64,000 bases of DNA from Ktedonobacterales bacterium. Its GTDB lineage: Bacteria > Chloroflexota > Ktedonobacteria > Ktedonobacterales > JADMIN01. Each line of letters opens with the position of its first letter. Position 1 is the first letter of the stretch. This document shows, piece by piece, positions 28,126 through 37,018 of this stretch. Location: NCBI GenBank assembly GCA_036378295.1, contig DASUWS010000016.1, positions 339 through 64,338 on the forward strand. The letters are read 5' to 3'. The notes below the pieces were generated by a model. The model worked only from the letters and a program-made list of their open reading frames with translations, did no database searches and had not been told where the DNA came from. Position numbers and translations under genes: made by a program.

Positions 28126-29142
28126 CTAGCCGGTTAAGTGCATGGCATCCGAAACATCATGATGAATGAGGCGCGCAAAGAACGCCTTCAGCGGAATCTT
28201 CGACTGCGCCACGCGCAAGGCGAGTGCGCGAAGTCCCGCATCAAATGCTTCTTTCTCTCCTCCTCGTCCCATGCGCTGCAATGTCTCGGCCTTGCCCTGC
28301 CAAGCATAGGAATTACCAGGCGCGATCTCAATGGCACGTTCATAGGCTGCCAGAGCCTCTACATCACGCCCCGCCTGCAACAAAGCTGATCCTTTGCTGA
28401 TCCAGGAGAGTGGATCAGTGTTTTCAAGGGCCAGGGTCCGGTCAAACACGTCGAGGGCTTCATCAATGCGCCCTAGCCCTTGCAGGGCGATTCCCTTGTC
28501 CTGTAAGGTGCGTGCTAGCTGGCCGCCGATTTGGAGCGCTCGGTCGAACGCTTGCAGGGCCTCTGGGAAACGCTTGAGCGCATTCAGCGTCTCCCCTTGT
28601 CCAAGCAAGGCAGGAGCGAAATGTGGATCGAGCGCCAGAGCACGTCCATATGCACTAAGCGCTTGTTCGTGGTGATGTGCCCAACGATACGCTTCTGAGA
28701 TATTGTACCAGGCAGCGATATACTCTGGATCCAGAGCGACCGCTCGCCGCCACGCGAGAAGTGCCTCCCGTCTTCGCTGCATGCTGAGCAGGGCGACTCC
28801 TTTCGCATTCCATGCTGGAGCCGAGTTTGGAGCAATTGCGAGCGCCTGTTCGGCTGCCTGCAGGGCCTCGGCTTTGCGCTGCAGGCGCGTGAGCGCGCAA
28901 CTCATGTTCACCCAGGCAGTCGCAAATCGAGGATCGAGGGCAATTGCTCGACGATAGGCCGCCAGCGCCTCCTCATCGTGCTCCAGATTGCTGAGCATGT
29001 CCGCATAATTCGTCCACGCACGAGCATTATTTGGATCACGCGCAAGCGCTTGTTCAAATGCCTCCAGCGTTTCCGCTTCTTGCTCGTGGACGCTCAACGC
29101 CTCGTGAACATCATCCCACAGTGGCTGATTATCCTGACTCAT
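28126..29142 (-). CDS. Tetratricopeptide (TPR) repeat protein
   Basis: ATG 29142 after AGGAGG. About 9 tandem 34-aa TPR units (AWxNxGxALxxLxRxxEALxAYxRALxLDP). Confidence 0.8.
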   Translation of the reverse strand: MSQDNQPLWDDVHEALSVHEQEAETLEAFEQALARDPNNARAWTNYADMLSNLEHDEEALAAYRRAIALDPRFATAWVNMSCALTRLQRKAEALQAAEQALAIAPNSAPAWNAKGVALLSMQRRREALLAWRRAVALDPEYIAAWYNISEAYRWAHHHEQALSAYGRALALDPHFAPALLGQGETLNALKRFPEALQAFDRALQIGGQLARTLQDKGIALQGLGRIDEALDVFDRTLALENTDPLSWISKGSALLQAGRDVEALAAYERAIEIAPGNSYAWQGKAETLQRMGRGGEKEAFDAGLRALALRVAQSKIPLKAFFARLIHHDVSDAMHLTG

Positions 29143-29207
29143 CAGGTCCTCCTGCCGAACACCTGAATATGCTTGGCATCGACAGAATATGTAGCTAACT
29201 TCCAATG

Positions 29208-30185
29208 CTAGAGGCAGAGCGCCGCCGCACCGATGACCCCCGCCTCACGCCCTGCCGACGCAAGCCGGATGTCGAGGTGGCGCGTGAACGGGAGCCGCGC
29301 CCGGTCGCGCACCTCAGCTCGGAGCGGCGCGAGCAGCATCTCCCCCGCCTGTGTCAGCCCGCCGCCCAGTACGACACGCTCCAGATCGAGCAGGTTGGCA
29401 GCGTCTACGATGCCGCGCGCCAGGGCGACACCCGCATCGCGCATCAACTCCTGGGCGAATGCGTCACCGCTGCCCGCCGCCTGAACGATGGCCTCGCCCG
29501 TCAGCGCACCATCAGGCAACGCCGCCAGCCTCGTCGCTATCCCATCATCTATCCCCGCCCGCGCACGCGCCACCAGTCCCGTCCCGGACGCGTACGCGGT
29601 CAGGCAGCCGATAGCGCCACAGGAGCAGCGCGGCCCCTCCGCCGAGACGATGGTATGGCCGATATGGCCCGCGTTGCCCGTCGCGCCATGAAACACGCGG
29701 CCATCCACCACAATTCCGCCGCCAACACCGGTCGAGACGACGATGCCGAGCATACAGCGCGTGCCGCGTCCCGCGCCAAAGAGCGCCTCGCCAAGCGCGA
29801 ACGCGTTGGCATCATTATCCAGCGTGACAGGCAGTCCAAGCGCCGCCGCGAGCCGCTCACGCAAGGGGAAAGACTGCCAGGAAGGGATGAAGAGCGGCGA
29901 GACGATGCCATCAGGATAGATCATCGGCCCGCCACAGCCGACCCCCGCCGCGACCGCCTGGCCCCTGTAACCATCCAAGGCACGTTCAGCGACCGCGACG
30001 ACGAAATCGAGCAGCGCGCCGGAATCAGCATCCTGTGGCGTCGGCTGCGCGTGGAAGGAGAGCGCGTGCCCATCGGCGGTGACGACGCCTGCCGCCGTCT
30101 TGGTCCCGCCAATGTCAATGCCGAGCACGAGCGAGCGGTCGTCTCTGGTGATGTCAGGCAATTCGTCAGCGGACGGCGACTTCAT
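29208..30185 (-). CDS. ROK-family sugar kinase (glucokinase-like)
   Basis: LGIDIGGTK ATP motif and ROK zinc motif CSCGAIGCLTAY. Start at MKSPS; the ORF extends to 30410. Confidence 0.85.
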   Translation of the reverse strand: MKSPSADELPDITRDDRSLVLGIDIGGTKTAAGVVTADGHALSFHAQPTPQDADSGALLDFVVAVAERALDGYRGQAVAAGVGCGGPMIYPDGIVSPLFIPSWQSFPLRERLAAALGLPVTLDNDANAFALGEALFGAGRGTRCMLGIVVSTGVGGGIVVDGRVFHGATGNAGHIGHTIVSAEGPRCSCGAIGCLTAYASGTGLVARARAGIDDGIATRLAALPDGALTGEAIVQAAGSGDAFAQELMRDAGVALARGIVDAANLLDLERVVLGGGLTQAGEMLLAPLRAEVRDRARLPFTRHLDIRLASAGREAGVIGAAALCL

Positions 30186-30505
30186 GTGCGCGTCTCCCCC
30201 CTTGCACGCGATCGATCTCTTGATCCGGTCGATCCAGTAGAATCTTCGAGCCACATCGAGTGAGAAGGCTGTCCCATTCATCCATACCGTTCCATGGAGG
30301 CAGTATAGCGCGCACAGTTCCTCGCTTGCCCGATGAGCGGGCATGTGTTTTGCTGACCATGAGCGGAGTGGCAGAGTCTTGACACACTGGCGACACTCGC
30401 CTATGCTCAATGACGCCCTGCCGGGTTGCCAGTGAGGCGGGCCTCGCCGTTGAGGCCGCAGCAGACCCGCAAGACGATGCGCGAGGGTAGAGAGGATGTG
30501 AGCCT

Positions 30506-31168
30506 ATGTCCGCGATGGAGATTGTCCTGCGTATGGGTGGGGCCGCTCTGGCGGGCTACCTGCTCGGCTCCATCCCATTCGGCGTGCTCGCCGGACACAT
30601 CTTCGGCAACCGCGACCCGCGCGAATTCGGCAGCGGCAAGACCGGCGCTACGAACGTCCTGCGCACGCTTGGGCCGGGGCCTGCGGCGTTTGTTGTGGTG
30701 GGTGACGTGCTCAAAGGCATGGCTTCGGTGTTGCTGGCGCGGTACGTCTTCTTCGGTGGCACATCCGACCCGACACTCCAGGCGACCGCGGAGGCGCTGG
30801 CGGGATTCTGCGCGATCCTTGGGCACAACTACTCGGTCTTCATCGGGTTCAAGGGGGGGCGCGGCGTGCTGACGGGCGCGGGAGCGATGGTAATCATGGC
30901 GCCCTTCACCACGCTCATCGGCTTTATCTGCGCGGTCGTGCCGATCGCTATCACACGCTACGTCTCGCTCGGCTCCATTCTTGGCGCCGCTGGCAGCATC
31001 GTGGCCGAGTTCGTTCTGCTCGTCACACAGCACGACTCGCTGCCCCACTTCCTCTTCATTCTGGTGGGCGGCGTGATCATCATCGTCTCGCACAAGGACA
31101 ATATTGACCGGCTGCTCAAAGGCACCGAGCGCAAGCTCGGTCAGCCCGCACATCCCGTCGCCGGTTGA
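30506..31168 (+). CDS. plsY: Glycerol-3-phosphate acyltransferase PlsY
   Basis: GSIPFG, GSGKTGATNVLR and FKGGRGV motifs. 220 aa, polytopic. Confidence 0.9.
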   Translation: MSAMEIVLRMGGAALAGYLLGSIPFGVLAGHIFGNRDPREFGSGKTGATNVLRTLGPGPAAFVVVGDVLKGMASVLLARYVFFGGTSDPTLQATAEALAGFCAILGHNYSVFIGFKGGRGVLTGAGAMVIMAPFTTLIGFICAVVPIAITRYVSLGSILGAAGSIVAEFVLLVTQHDSLPHFLFILVGGVIIIVSHKDNIDRLLKGTERKLGQPAHPVAG

Positions 31169-31174
31169 CTGCTG

Positions 31175-31789
31175 CTAGCTGCTCTGAGCCGCCGGGCCGA
31201 TGATAACGCTCCATCCACCGCGCAGGTACTCGACAGCGGAGAAGATCGTCCAGATCACCGCCAGCAGCAGGACGATATCCGAGGCGACCAGCAAGTAATC
31301 CGCGAAGTTTCCGGGCGTGCCGCCCGTGCTCAGGCCGAGAGGGAACGCGGTTTGCCCGCCGAGGCCCGTCGCCAGAAGAATGCCGCCGATCGAAAGCAGT
31401 GTCAATAGTGTCTTCTGCTTGCCCCAGCGTCCAGCCGGAATCACGACCCCACGTGCCGCCGCGAACGAACGCAGCCCCGAGACGAGAAACTCGCGCGCGA
31501 CGATCACAATGACAATCCACGCGGGCACGAATCCGACCTGGACCAGCGCGATCAGCGCGGCGGAAACAAACACCTTGTCAGCCGTTAGATCGAGGAAGAC
31601 GCCCAGATTCGAGACGAGATGGTAGCGCCTCGCCAGGCGCCCGTCTATGGTATCGGTGACCGAGCCAAGCACGAAGAGCGCCGTAGCCACCAGAAGCGCC
31701 CAGGGCTCTTTCAGCAGAATCAGGATCACGAGTGGAATCGTCGCCAGTAGCCGGGCGACACTCAGGATATTGGGCAGGTTGCGCACCAT
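31175..31789 (-). CDS. pgsA: CDP-alcohol phosphatidyltransferase (PgsA-like)
   Basis: D-x2-DG-x2-AR ... D-x3-D motif: DTIDGRLARR ... FLDLTADKV. Confidence 0.8.
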   Translation of the reverse strand: MVRNLPNILSVARLLATIPLVILILLKEPWALLVATALFVLGSVTDTIDGRLARRYHLVSNLGVFLDLTADKVFVSAALIALVQVGFVPAWIVIVIVAREFLVSGLRSFAAARGVVIPAGRWGKQKTLLTLLSIGGILLATGLGGQTAFPLGLSTGGTPGNFADYLLVASDIVLLLAVIWTIFSAVEYLRGGWSVIIGPAAQSS

Positions 31790-32023
31790 ATTCTCCGAAC
31801 TTTTGTTGATGGGTGTTTCATAATGTCGGGATGGTCGTTATTGCGCTGGCTCTGATCAGGAGTGTAAGCGATTGGCCAGAGGCCTAGCAAGTCACTGCCA
31901 ACTGTACGCGCCGTGTGCTTGCGAGTTGTATTCCCTCATCAGCTATAGTATGTCATGGCAGAAAGCCGTGTGCGTCCTGGATAGCGCCCGGCAGATACGG
32001 CAATAGAGAGGACATCGCACGCT

Positions 32024-32818
32024 ATGGCTATGGGCGCTGGCACCGGTGTCGCGGCAGCCGCCATGCAAGACAACCGAGAGCGGAAAGACCCAACAGTTGC
32101 GCCGCAGATCACCATTCTCGCGGAAGATGACGCTATCCTCGCGGTAGCGAAGCCCGCTGGCCTCGTCGTGCATCCGGCGTATCGGCATCCCGATGGCACG
32201 CTCACCGATGCAGTCTTTGCTTATGCTGACCGCTCAGGCCGGCCGCGACCCTGGCTGCTCCACCGGCTCGATCGTGAGACATCAGGCGTTGTGCTCTTCG
32301 CCCGCACCGAGCAGGCGCGCCGGGCGCTCGTGCGCCAGTTTCAACAGCGCCAGATCACCAAGCGCTACCTGGCGATTGCCAGCGGGCGACTCCCGGCACA
32401 GGGCAATATGGTCGACGCCCCACTTCGCCGCGACCCGGATGACCGGCGGCGAGTCATCATCTCGCCCGAGGGCAAGCCAGCGCGCACACGCTATCAGGTA
32501 CTCGCCACGCAGGGCGACTTTTCGCTGGTCCTGGCGGAACCGCTCACCGGGCGCACACACCAGATACGCGCGCATCTGACACACCTGGGCGCGCCACTCG
32601 CTGGCGACACCGTGTATGGCGGCATGCATGGCGACGCGTCGACGACAGCCAGCGCGGCGGCCATAGCACGCACGCAACTACACGCCTGGGAACTCATCTT
32701 CCACCATCCGGCGACGGGCACCCCATACACGGTGCGCGCGCCGATTCCAGACGATATGCGCGCGGCGCTGGACGCGCTCGGGCTGCGCAGTGGCATACCA
32801 TCACCGGATCGTTCGTGA
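32024..32818 (+). CDS. RluA-family pseudouridine synthase
   Basis: ILAVAKPAGLVVHP, catalytic HRLDRETSGVVLFA, and RTHQIRAHL. Start uncertain (M1, M3 or M14). Confidence 0.85.
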   Translation: MAMGAGTGVAAAAMQDNRERKDPTVAPQITILAEDDAILAVAKPAGLVVHPAYRHPDGTLTDAVFAYADRSGRPRPWLLHRLDRETSGVVLFARTEQARRALVRQFQQRQITKRYLAIASGRLPAQGNMVDAPLRRDPDDRRRVIISPEGKPARTRYQVLATQGDFSLVLAEPLTGRTHQIRAHLTHLGAPLAGDTVYGGMHGDASTTASAAAIARTQLHAWELIFHHPATGTPYTVRAPIPDDMRAALDALGLRSGIPSPDRS

Positions 32819-32878
32819 GAAACTCGCGACGTAAGCCGCCGATTTCAGGCATGTATCAGGCATGTATAAGGGGGTAAC

Positions 32879-33685
32879 GTGGAACTCACATCACTCGACC
32901 AGATCAACCAGCAATACCGTCAGGTGTATTTTCAGCCACACTTCGACGATGCCGTGCTTTCCTGTGGTGGCTCGATAGCCCTGCAAACGGCGACCGGCAA
33001 TCGCGTGCTGGTGGTCACTGTCTTCGGCGGTATCCCAGCGGCTGGCGCGCGCATCAGCTCCTTTGCGTCCCAGACGCTCCAGCAGATGGGGCTTTCCACG
33101 GACCCGGCTGAGGCAACCCGCCAGCGTCGCGCCGAAGACCAGGCGGCAGTAGAATCGCTCGGTGCTGACGTCCTCTGGCTCGACTACCTGGATGCCATCT
33201 TCCGTGGCAATCCAGCCTACTACCAGGGTGATGATGCGCTCTTTGGGAATGTCAATCCCGCGGACCTCTCGCTCGATGAGGAGCTGGCTGGAGTCTTTCT
33301 CGCCATCCATGAGCGCGCTCCGCTCGCCGCGCTCTACGCTCCGCTGGGCATCGGTCACCATGTAGATCATCAGCTCTGCTGTTCAGCGGCGGACCGCCTG
33401 GCGCAGCGCAAGCTGAATGTCAAATTCTACGAAGATTTCCCGTACGTCACCAATAGCGGCGCGCTCACCGCCCGCCAGCGGGAACTGAACATCACGATGG
33501 AGGCCGAGATGGTCGAGATTTCCGGGGTCAGCCGGCCAAAAGAGGAGGCCGTCGCGCTCTATCGCAGCCAGCTGCCCGGACTCTTCGGGTCGGGAGACCA
33601 GATGATCAGGGCCCTCAACGGCTATAGCAGCTCGATTCGCAAAACGCAGCCGGGTATCATGATCGAGCGTTACTGGCGTTGGTAG
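32879..33685 (+). CDS. PIG-L/LmbE-family deacetylase
   Basis: GTG start after AAGGGGG. FQPHFDDAVLSCGG and HHVDH metal-site motifs. Confidence 0.8.
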   Translation: MELTSLDQINQQYRQVYFQPHFDDAVLSCGGSIALQTATGNRVLVVTVFGGIPAAGARISSFASQTLQQMGLSTDPAEATRQRRAEDQAAVESLGADVLWLDYLDAIFRGNPAYYQGDDALFGNVNPADLSLDEELAGVFLAIHERAPLAALYAPLGIGHHVDHQLCCSAADRLAQRKLNVKFYEDFPYVTNSGALTARQRELNITMEAEMVEISGVSRPKEEAVALYRSQLPGLFGSGDQMIRALNGYSSSIRKTQPGIMIERYWRW

Positions 33686-33723
33686 GCCATGCTGGCCGGA
33701 TATTCGTCATGCGGGGGACACGT

Positions 33724-35265
33724 ATGAAGATCGTCACGGTCGCAGAGATGGTCGCGGTCGAGCAACAGGCCGAGCAGAAGTACGGACTCTCCTCGCCGAT
33801 GCTGATGGAACACGCTGGGCGCAGTGTCGCCGAAGCGATTCAGGCACGGCTGGAGGGTGAGGTTGGCGGGTTGCGAGTGGTCGTGCTGGCCGGGCCAGGC
33901 AACAACGGTGGAGACGGGCGAGTCGCGGCACGCTATCTCAGCGAGTGGGGCGCGCGGGTCACGGTCTACGACTGGAAGCGCGGCCAGATCGAAGCGGGCG
34001 GGCAGTCCACTCCAGTGGGCGAAGACCTCGGCGGGCTACACGGCGTGCTGGCCGAGGCGGATGTCGTGCTGGACGCGATCCTCGGCACCGGGCACGCGCG
34101 CCCACTCGCCCCGACGATGGCAGCGGCGTTTGCGCTGGTCGCCGCCGAGCGCAAGCGCCGCCCTGACCTCTATGTCGTCGCCGTTGACCTCCCCAGCGGC
34201 CTCAACGCCGATACAGGCGAGGTGGACCCCGGGACGCTTGCGGCCGATCTCACCGTCACACTCGCCTTTCCCAAGGTGGGCTTGCTGCTCTTCCCCGGCG
34301 CATCCTATGTGGGCGAGCTGCAGGTTGGGAGTATCGGCCTGCCCGCCGAGATGCCGATTGCCGCCGGACTTGAGATGCTCGACAATGAGCTGATTGGCCC
34401 GCTGTTGCCGGCGCGTCCACTAGAGAGCAACAAGGGCACATTCGGCAAGGTACTGGCGCTGAGCGGCTCGCCACACTATATCGGCGCGGCATACCTAGTC
34501 TGTGGCGCAGCGGCGCGCAGCGGCGCGGGGCTGGTGACGCTGGCGACGGTTCCTGAGCTTGCGCCGTTCTACGCCACGATGCTGCCCGAGATCACCTACG
34601 CACCGCTGCCTCCCGAATCCGCGGAGCCTGAGGAGCGAGCGAAGGTTGTTCTCGACGCGCTGGATGGTTACCGCGCACTGGTGGTCGGGCCAGGGCTTGG
34701 GCAGTCACAGGCCACTGCCGCGCTGCTCGAACGCCTCTTTGCGGGGCTGTCGTCGCTCGCGCCGGAGAAACGCCCACATCTCATCGTGGACGCCGATGGA
34801 CTGAACAATCTCGCGAAGCTCGATGCCTGGTGGCAGCGCCTGCCTCCCCAGACCATTCTGACGCCACATCCGGGCGAGATGGCGCGGCTGCGCGGCGGGG
34901 CGGCGGTGTCAGGTGGCGGAGCGGACCGGCTGGCGGTAGTGCAAGAAGCGGCCCGCGCCTGGGGCCACGTGGTCGTACTCAAGGGCGCGTGTACGCTGAT
35001 TGGGTCGCCCGATGGCTCTTTACGCATCAATGGCTCGCCCAATCCAGCGCTGGCATCAGCAGGAACGGGTGATGTCCTGGCCGGAACGATTGCGGGGCTG
35101 CTGGCGCAAGGAATGGAGCCGTATCCTGCCGCCTGCGCTGGGGTGTATCTGCACGCGCTGACCGGGCTTCGGGTCAGCGCGCATCTCGGCAATGCCGGGC
35201 TGCTGGCGGGTGATTTGCTGCCAGAGCTGCCGCTAGCGCGGCATGACGTCCAGGGGGAGCGGTGA
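33724..35265 (+). CDS. nnr: Bifunctional NAD(P)H-hydrate epimerase / ADP-dependent dehydratase (Nnr)
   Basis: N-terminal YjeF_N GPGNNGGDG; C-terminal carbohydrate-kinase GTGDVLAG. Confidence 0.9.
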   Translation: MKIVTVAEMVAVEQQAEQKYGLSSPMLMEHAGRSVAEAIQARLEGEVGGLRVVVLAGPGNNGGDGRVAARYLSEWGARVTVYDWKRGQIEAGGQSTPVGEDLGGLHGVLAEADVVLDAILGTGHARPLAPTMAAAFALVAAERKRRPDLYVVAVDLPSGLNADTGEVDPGTLAADLTVTLAFPKVGLLLFPGASYVGELQVGSIGLPAEMPIAAGLEMLDNELIGPLLPARPLESNKGTFGKVLALSGSPHYIGAAYLVCGAAARSGAGLVTLATVPELAPFYATMLPEITYAPLPPESAEPEERAKVVLDALDGYRALVVGPGLGQSQATAALLERLFAGLSSLAPEKRPHLIVDADGLNNLAKLDAWWQRLPPQTILTPHPGEMARLRGGAAVSGGGADRLAVVQEAARAWGHVVVLKGACTLIGSPDGSLRINGSPNPALASAGTGDVLAGTIAGLLAQGMEPYPAACAGVYLHALTGLRVSAHLGNAGLLAGDLLPELPLARHDVQGER

Positions 35266-35378
35266 GCGGCGCCGAGAGAAGGTACGAACCGATGAGAGAC
35301 CGAGGGGCTAAGCTCATCAATAAGGGCCCATCAGTACTACTCTCTCGCCAGACACCAACAGACTTTCTGGGATGATAG

Positions 35379-35387
35379 TGCTATACT
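35379..35387 (+). promoter_or_regulatory. Extended -10-like element TGCTATACT upstream of the FHA gene
   Basis: Lies 94 nt before ATG 35481. Confidence 0.3.
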
Positions 35388-35480
35388 TGCTGCGTGATGC
35401 CACGTCACCGTATAGCCTTGGTGTGCGAACGGCGCAAGCGGGCAGAGGACGCGCTTCTGCCGGATGCCCTACTGGAGAGC

Positions 35481-36473
35481 ATGATGGCTTATCTCGAAAT
35501 TCGCATCGCGCAACAGGCCCGCCGCTTCTCGCTCGACCGGGACCATCTGCGAATTGGTCGGCTGGCAGAGAACGAGATCGTCCTGCGCGACGCACAGATT
35601 TCGCGCCAGCATGCCGAAATGCGCTGCATATCCGGGCGATGGCGCATTCTCGATCTGGGAAGCACCAATGGCATCCACATCAAGGGTAAGCGCGTAGGAG
35701 AACATGAGCTCTCCAACGGCGACCTGATTTTGCTGGCGCCCAACGTGACATTGAGCTTTTTTGAAGGCGCCGCTCCTCCCGACGCGGTATCCACGGGCAG
35801 CGGTCTTGCGTCCCCAGCAGCGCACCCGCCACAGCCACAGCCGCAGCGACAACCACAATCGCAGGCCGCTCCCGCATCCGCGCAAGCCGCCGCACCGGCC
35901 ATGCCCGCGACCCCTCGACCTTCCGCGGCGGCAGCTGAACCACCCATGTTCGATCTGCTACGCCCGCGCTCGCCATTTGCCGATGACGAGCAGCCATATT
36001 ACCCGCCGGGTATTGGCATGCCCGCGCCACCGACGCTGTACAGCCGCCCGCACGCGCCGGGCGCATCCCACGGCTTTCCGCCACCCAGCGAAGGCCACCC
36101 AATTGCGCAGCCGCCAAGGGCGTCACCAGCGCCGCAGATGGATACGATCCCCGCGGGCGGCTACCCGGCCCCTATGGGTCCGCTGACGAGTGGCGGCGAT
36201 GGGCAGGATCCGTTCAGGCGGAGCGGACCCAATATCAAATCCGAGGCCCATCGCACGACCGCCGGACCGAGCAGTACACTCTTGCATGTTTGCCAAACGT
36301 GCGGCCAGTTGACCGCGCCTGATTCGGTCTATTGTCAAAGTTGCCATCATTCAATCGCTCGCGAATGCACGAACTGTCGCTTCAGCCTGTTGCCGATTCA
36401 GGATCGCTGCCCGCGCTGCCAGACGCCCAATCCAGGCTCGGTACGCCGGGCACATCGGGCTCCGAGCGCTTAG
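35481..36473 (+). CDS. FHA-domain protein with Pro/Gln-rich linker and C-terminal double zinc ribbon
   Basis: FHA core RIGRLAENEIVLRDAQISRQHAEM...LGSTNGIHIKG. C-terminus CQTCGQ..CQSC..CTNC..CPRC. Confidence 0.85.
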   Translation: MMAYLEIRIAQQARRFSLDRDHLRIGRLAENEIVLRDAQISRQHAEMRCISGRWRILDLGSTNGIHIKGKRVGEHELSNGDLILLAPNVTLSFFEGAAPPDAVSTGSGLASPAAHPPQPQPQRQPQSQAAPASAQAAAPAMPATPRPSAAAAEPPMFDLLRPRSPFADDEQPYYPPGIGMPAPPTLYSRPHAPGASHGFPPPSEGHPIAQPPRASPAPQMDTIPAGGYPAPMGPLTSGGDGQDPFRRSGPNIKSEAHRTTAGPSSTLLHVCQTCGQLTAPDSVYCQSCHHSIARECTNCRFSLLPIQDRCPRCQTPNPGSVRRAHRAPSA

Positions 36474-36486
36474 CCTGCTTTGCCGC

Positions 36487-36516
36487 TTGACGCGGCATCA
36501 TACGAGCAGACACAAT
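36487..36516 (+). promoter_or_regulatory. Candidate promoter (TTGACG-18 nt-CACAAT) for the acidic small gene
   Basis: Read directly; weak -10. Confidence 0.25.
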
Positions 36517-36611
36517 AGCGCAGGTACAGACGCATCAAACACCGGAGGTAGTGTGAGATTGCGGTCTGTTTCGCTCACAATCCACAGACAATCCAGAGGA
36601 GGTTGTGTATC

Positions 36612-36830
36612 ATGCTGTCCACCGACGATGTGACACTAATTCCATCCCGCGCCGCATATCTGTTCGCAGGTCCAGACGACGATGAGGACCTGGATGACGA
36701 TCTCGAAGACGACCTGGATGACGATCTCGACGAGGACGAATGGGAAGACGAATTCGAAGACGAGGAGGAAGAAGACGAGATCGAGTGGGATGAAGACGAG
36801 ATGGACGACCTGGATGACGAGGAGGAGTAG
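36612..36830 (+). CDS. Hyper-acidic 72-aa protein (41 of the last 51 residues are D/E)
   Basis: GGAGG at 36596-36600, then ATG 36612. A terminator-like hairpin follows. Codon periodicity is consistent with GAC/GAT/GAA/GAG usage. Confidence 0.6.
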   Translation: MLSTDDVTLIPSRAAYLFAGPDDDEDLDDDLEDDLDDDLDEDEWEDEFEDEEEEDEIEWDEDEMDDLDDEEE

Positions 36831-36888
36831 CGCCCGGTGACATCATCTGTCCACCTGATCCGCCGGACGACTTGACAGGCGGCACAGC

Positions 36889-36923
36889 GCCCCACCCTTG
36901 CCACGACGCTGGAAGGGTGGGGC
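36889..36923 (+). terminator. 11-bp-stem hairpin after the acidic gene
   Basis: GCCCCACCCTT-N13-AAGGGTGGGGC. No U-run. Confidence 0.45.
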
Positions 36924-36944
36924 GACCTAGGGTGGGGCGACCTG
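36915..36944. repeat. 15-bp tandem repeat GGGTGGGGCGACCT(A/G) x2
   Basis: Read directly. The first copy forms the 3' arm of the hairpin. Confidence 0.9.
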
Positions 36945-36971
36945 TAGTGGGCGCGCACGGGTATGGAATTG

Positions 36972-37001
36972 TTGACGTCTTGCCATAGAGATAGGCATAC
37001 T
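36972..37001 (+). promoter_or_regulatory. Candidate promoter (TTGACG-18 nt-CATACT) for the SWIM gene
   Basis: Read directly, 18-47 nt upstream of GTG 37019. Confidence 0.3.
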
Positions 37002-37018
37002 CGATAGCAAGAGAGAGC

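Noticed and set aside
36575-36958. Ser-rich 127-aa minus-strand ORF (…SSSSRSSISSSSHS…).
   Set aside because: It is the mirror image of the GAN-rich acidic gene on the plus strand. It has no SD, whereas the plus-strand frame has an SD, an ATG and a terminator.
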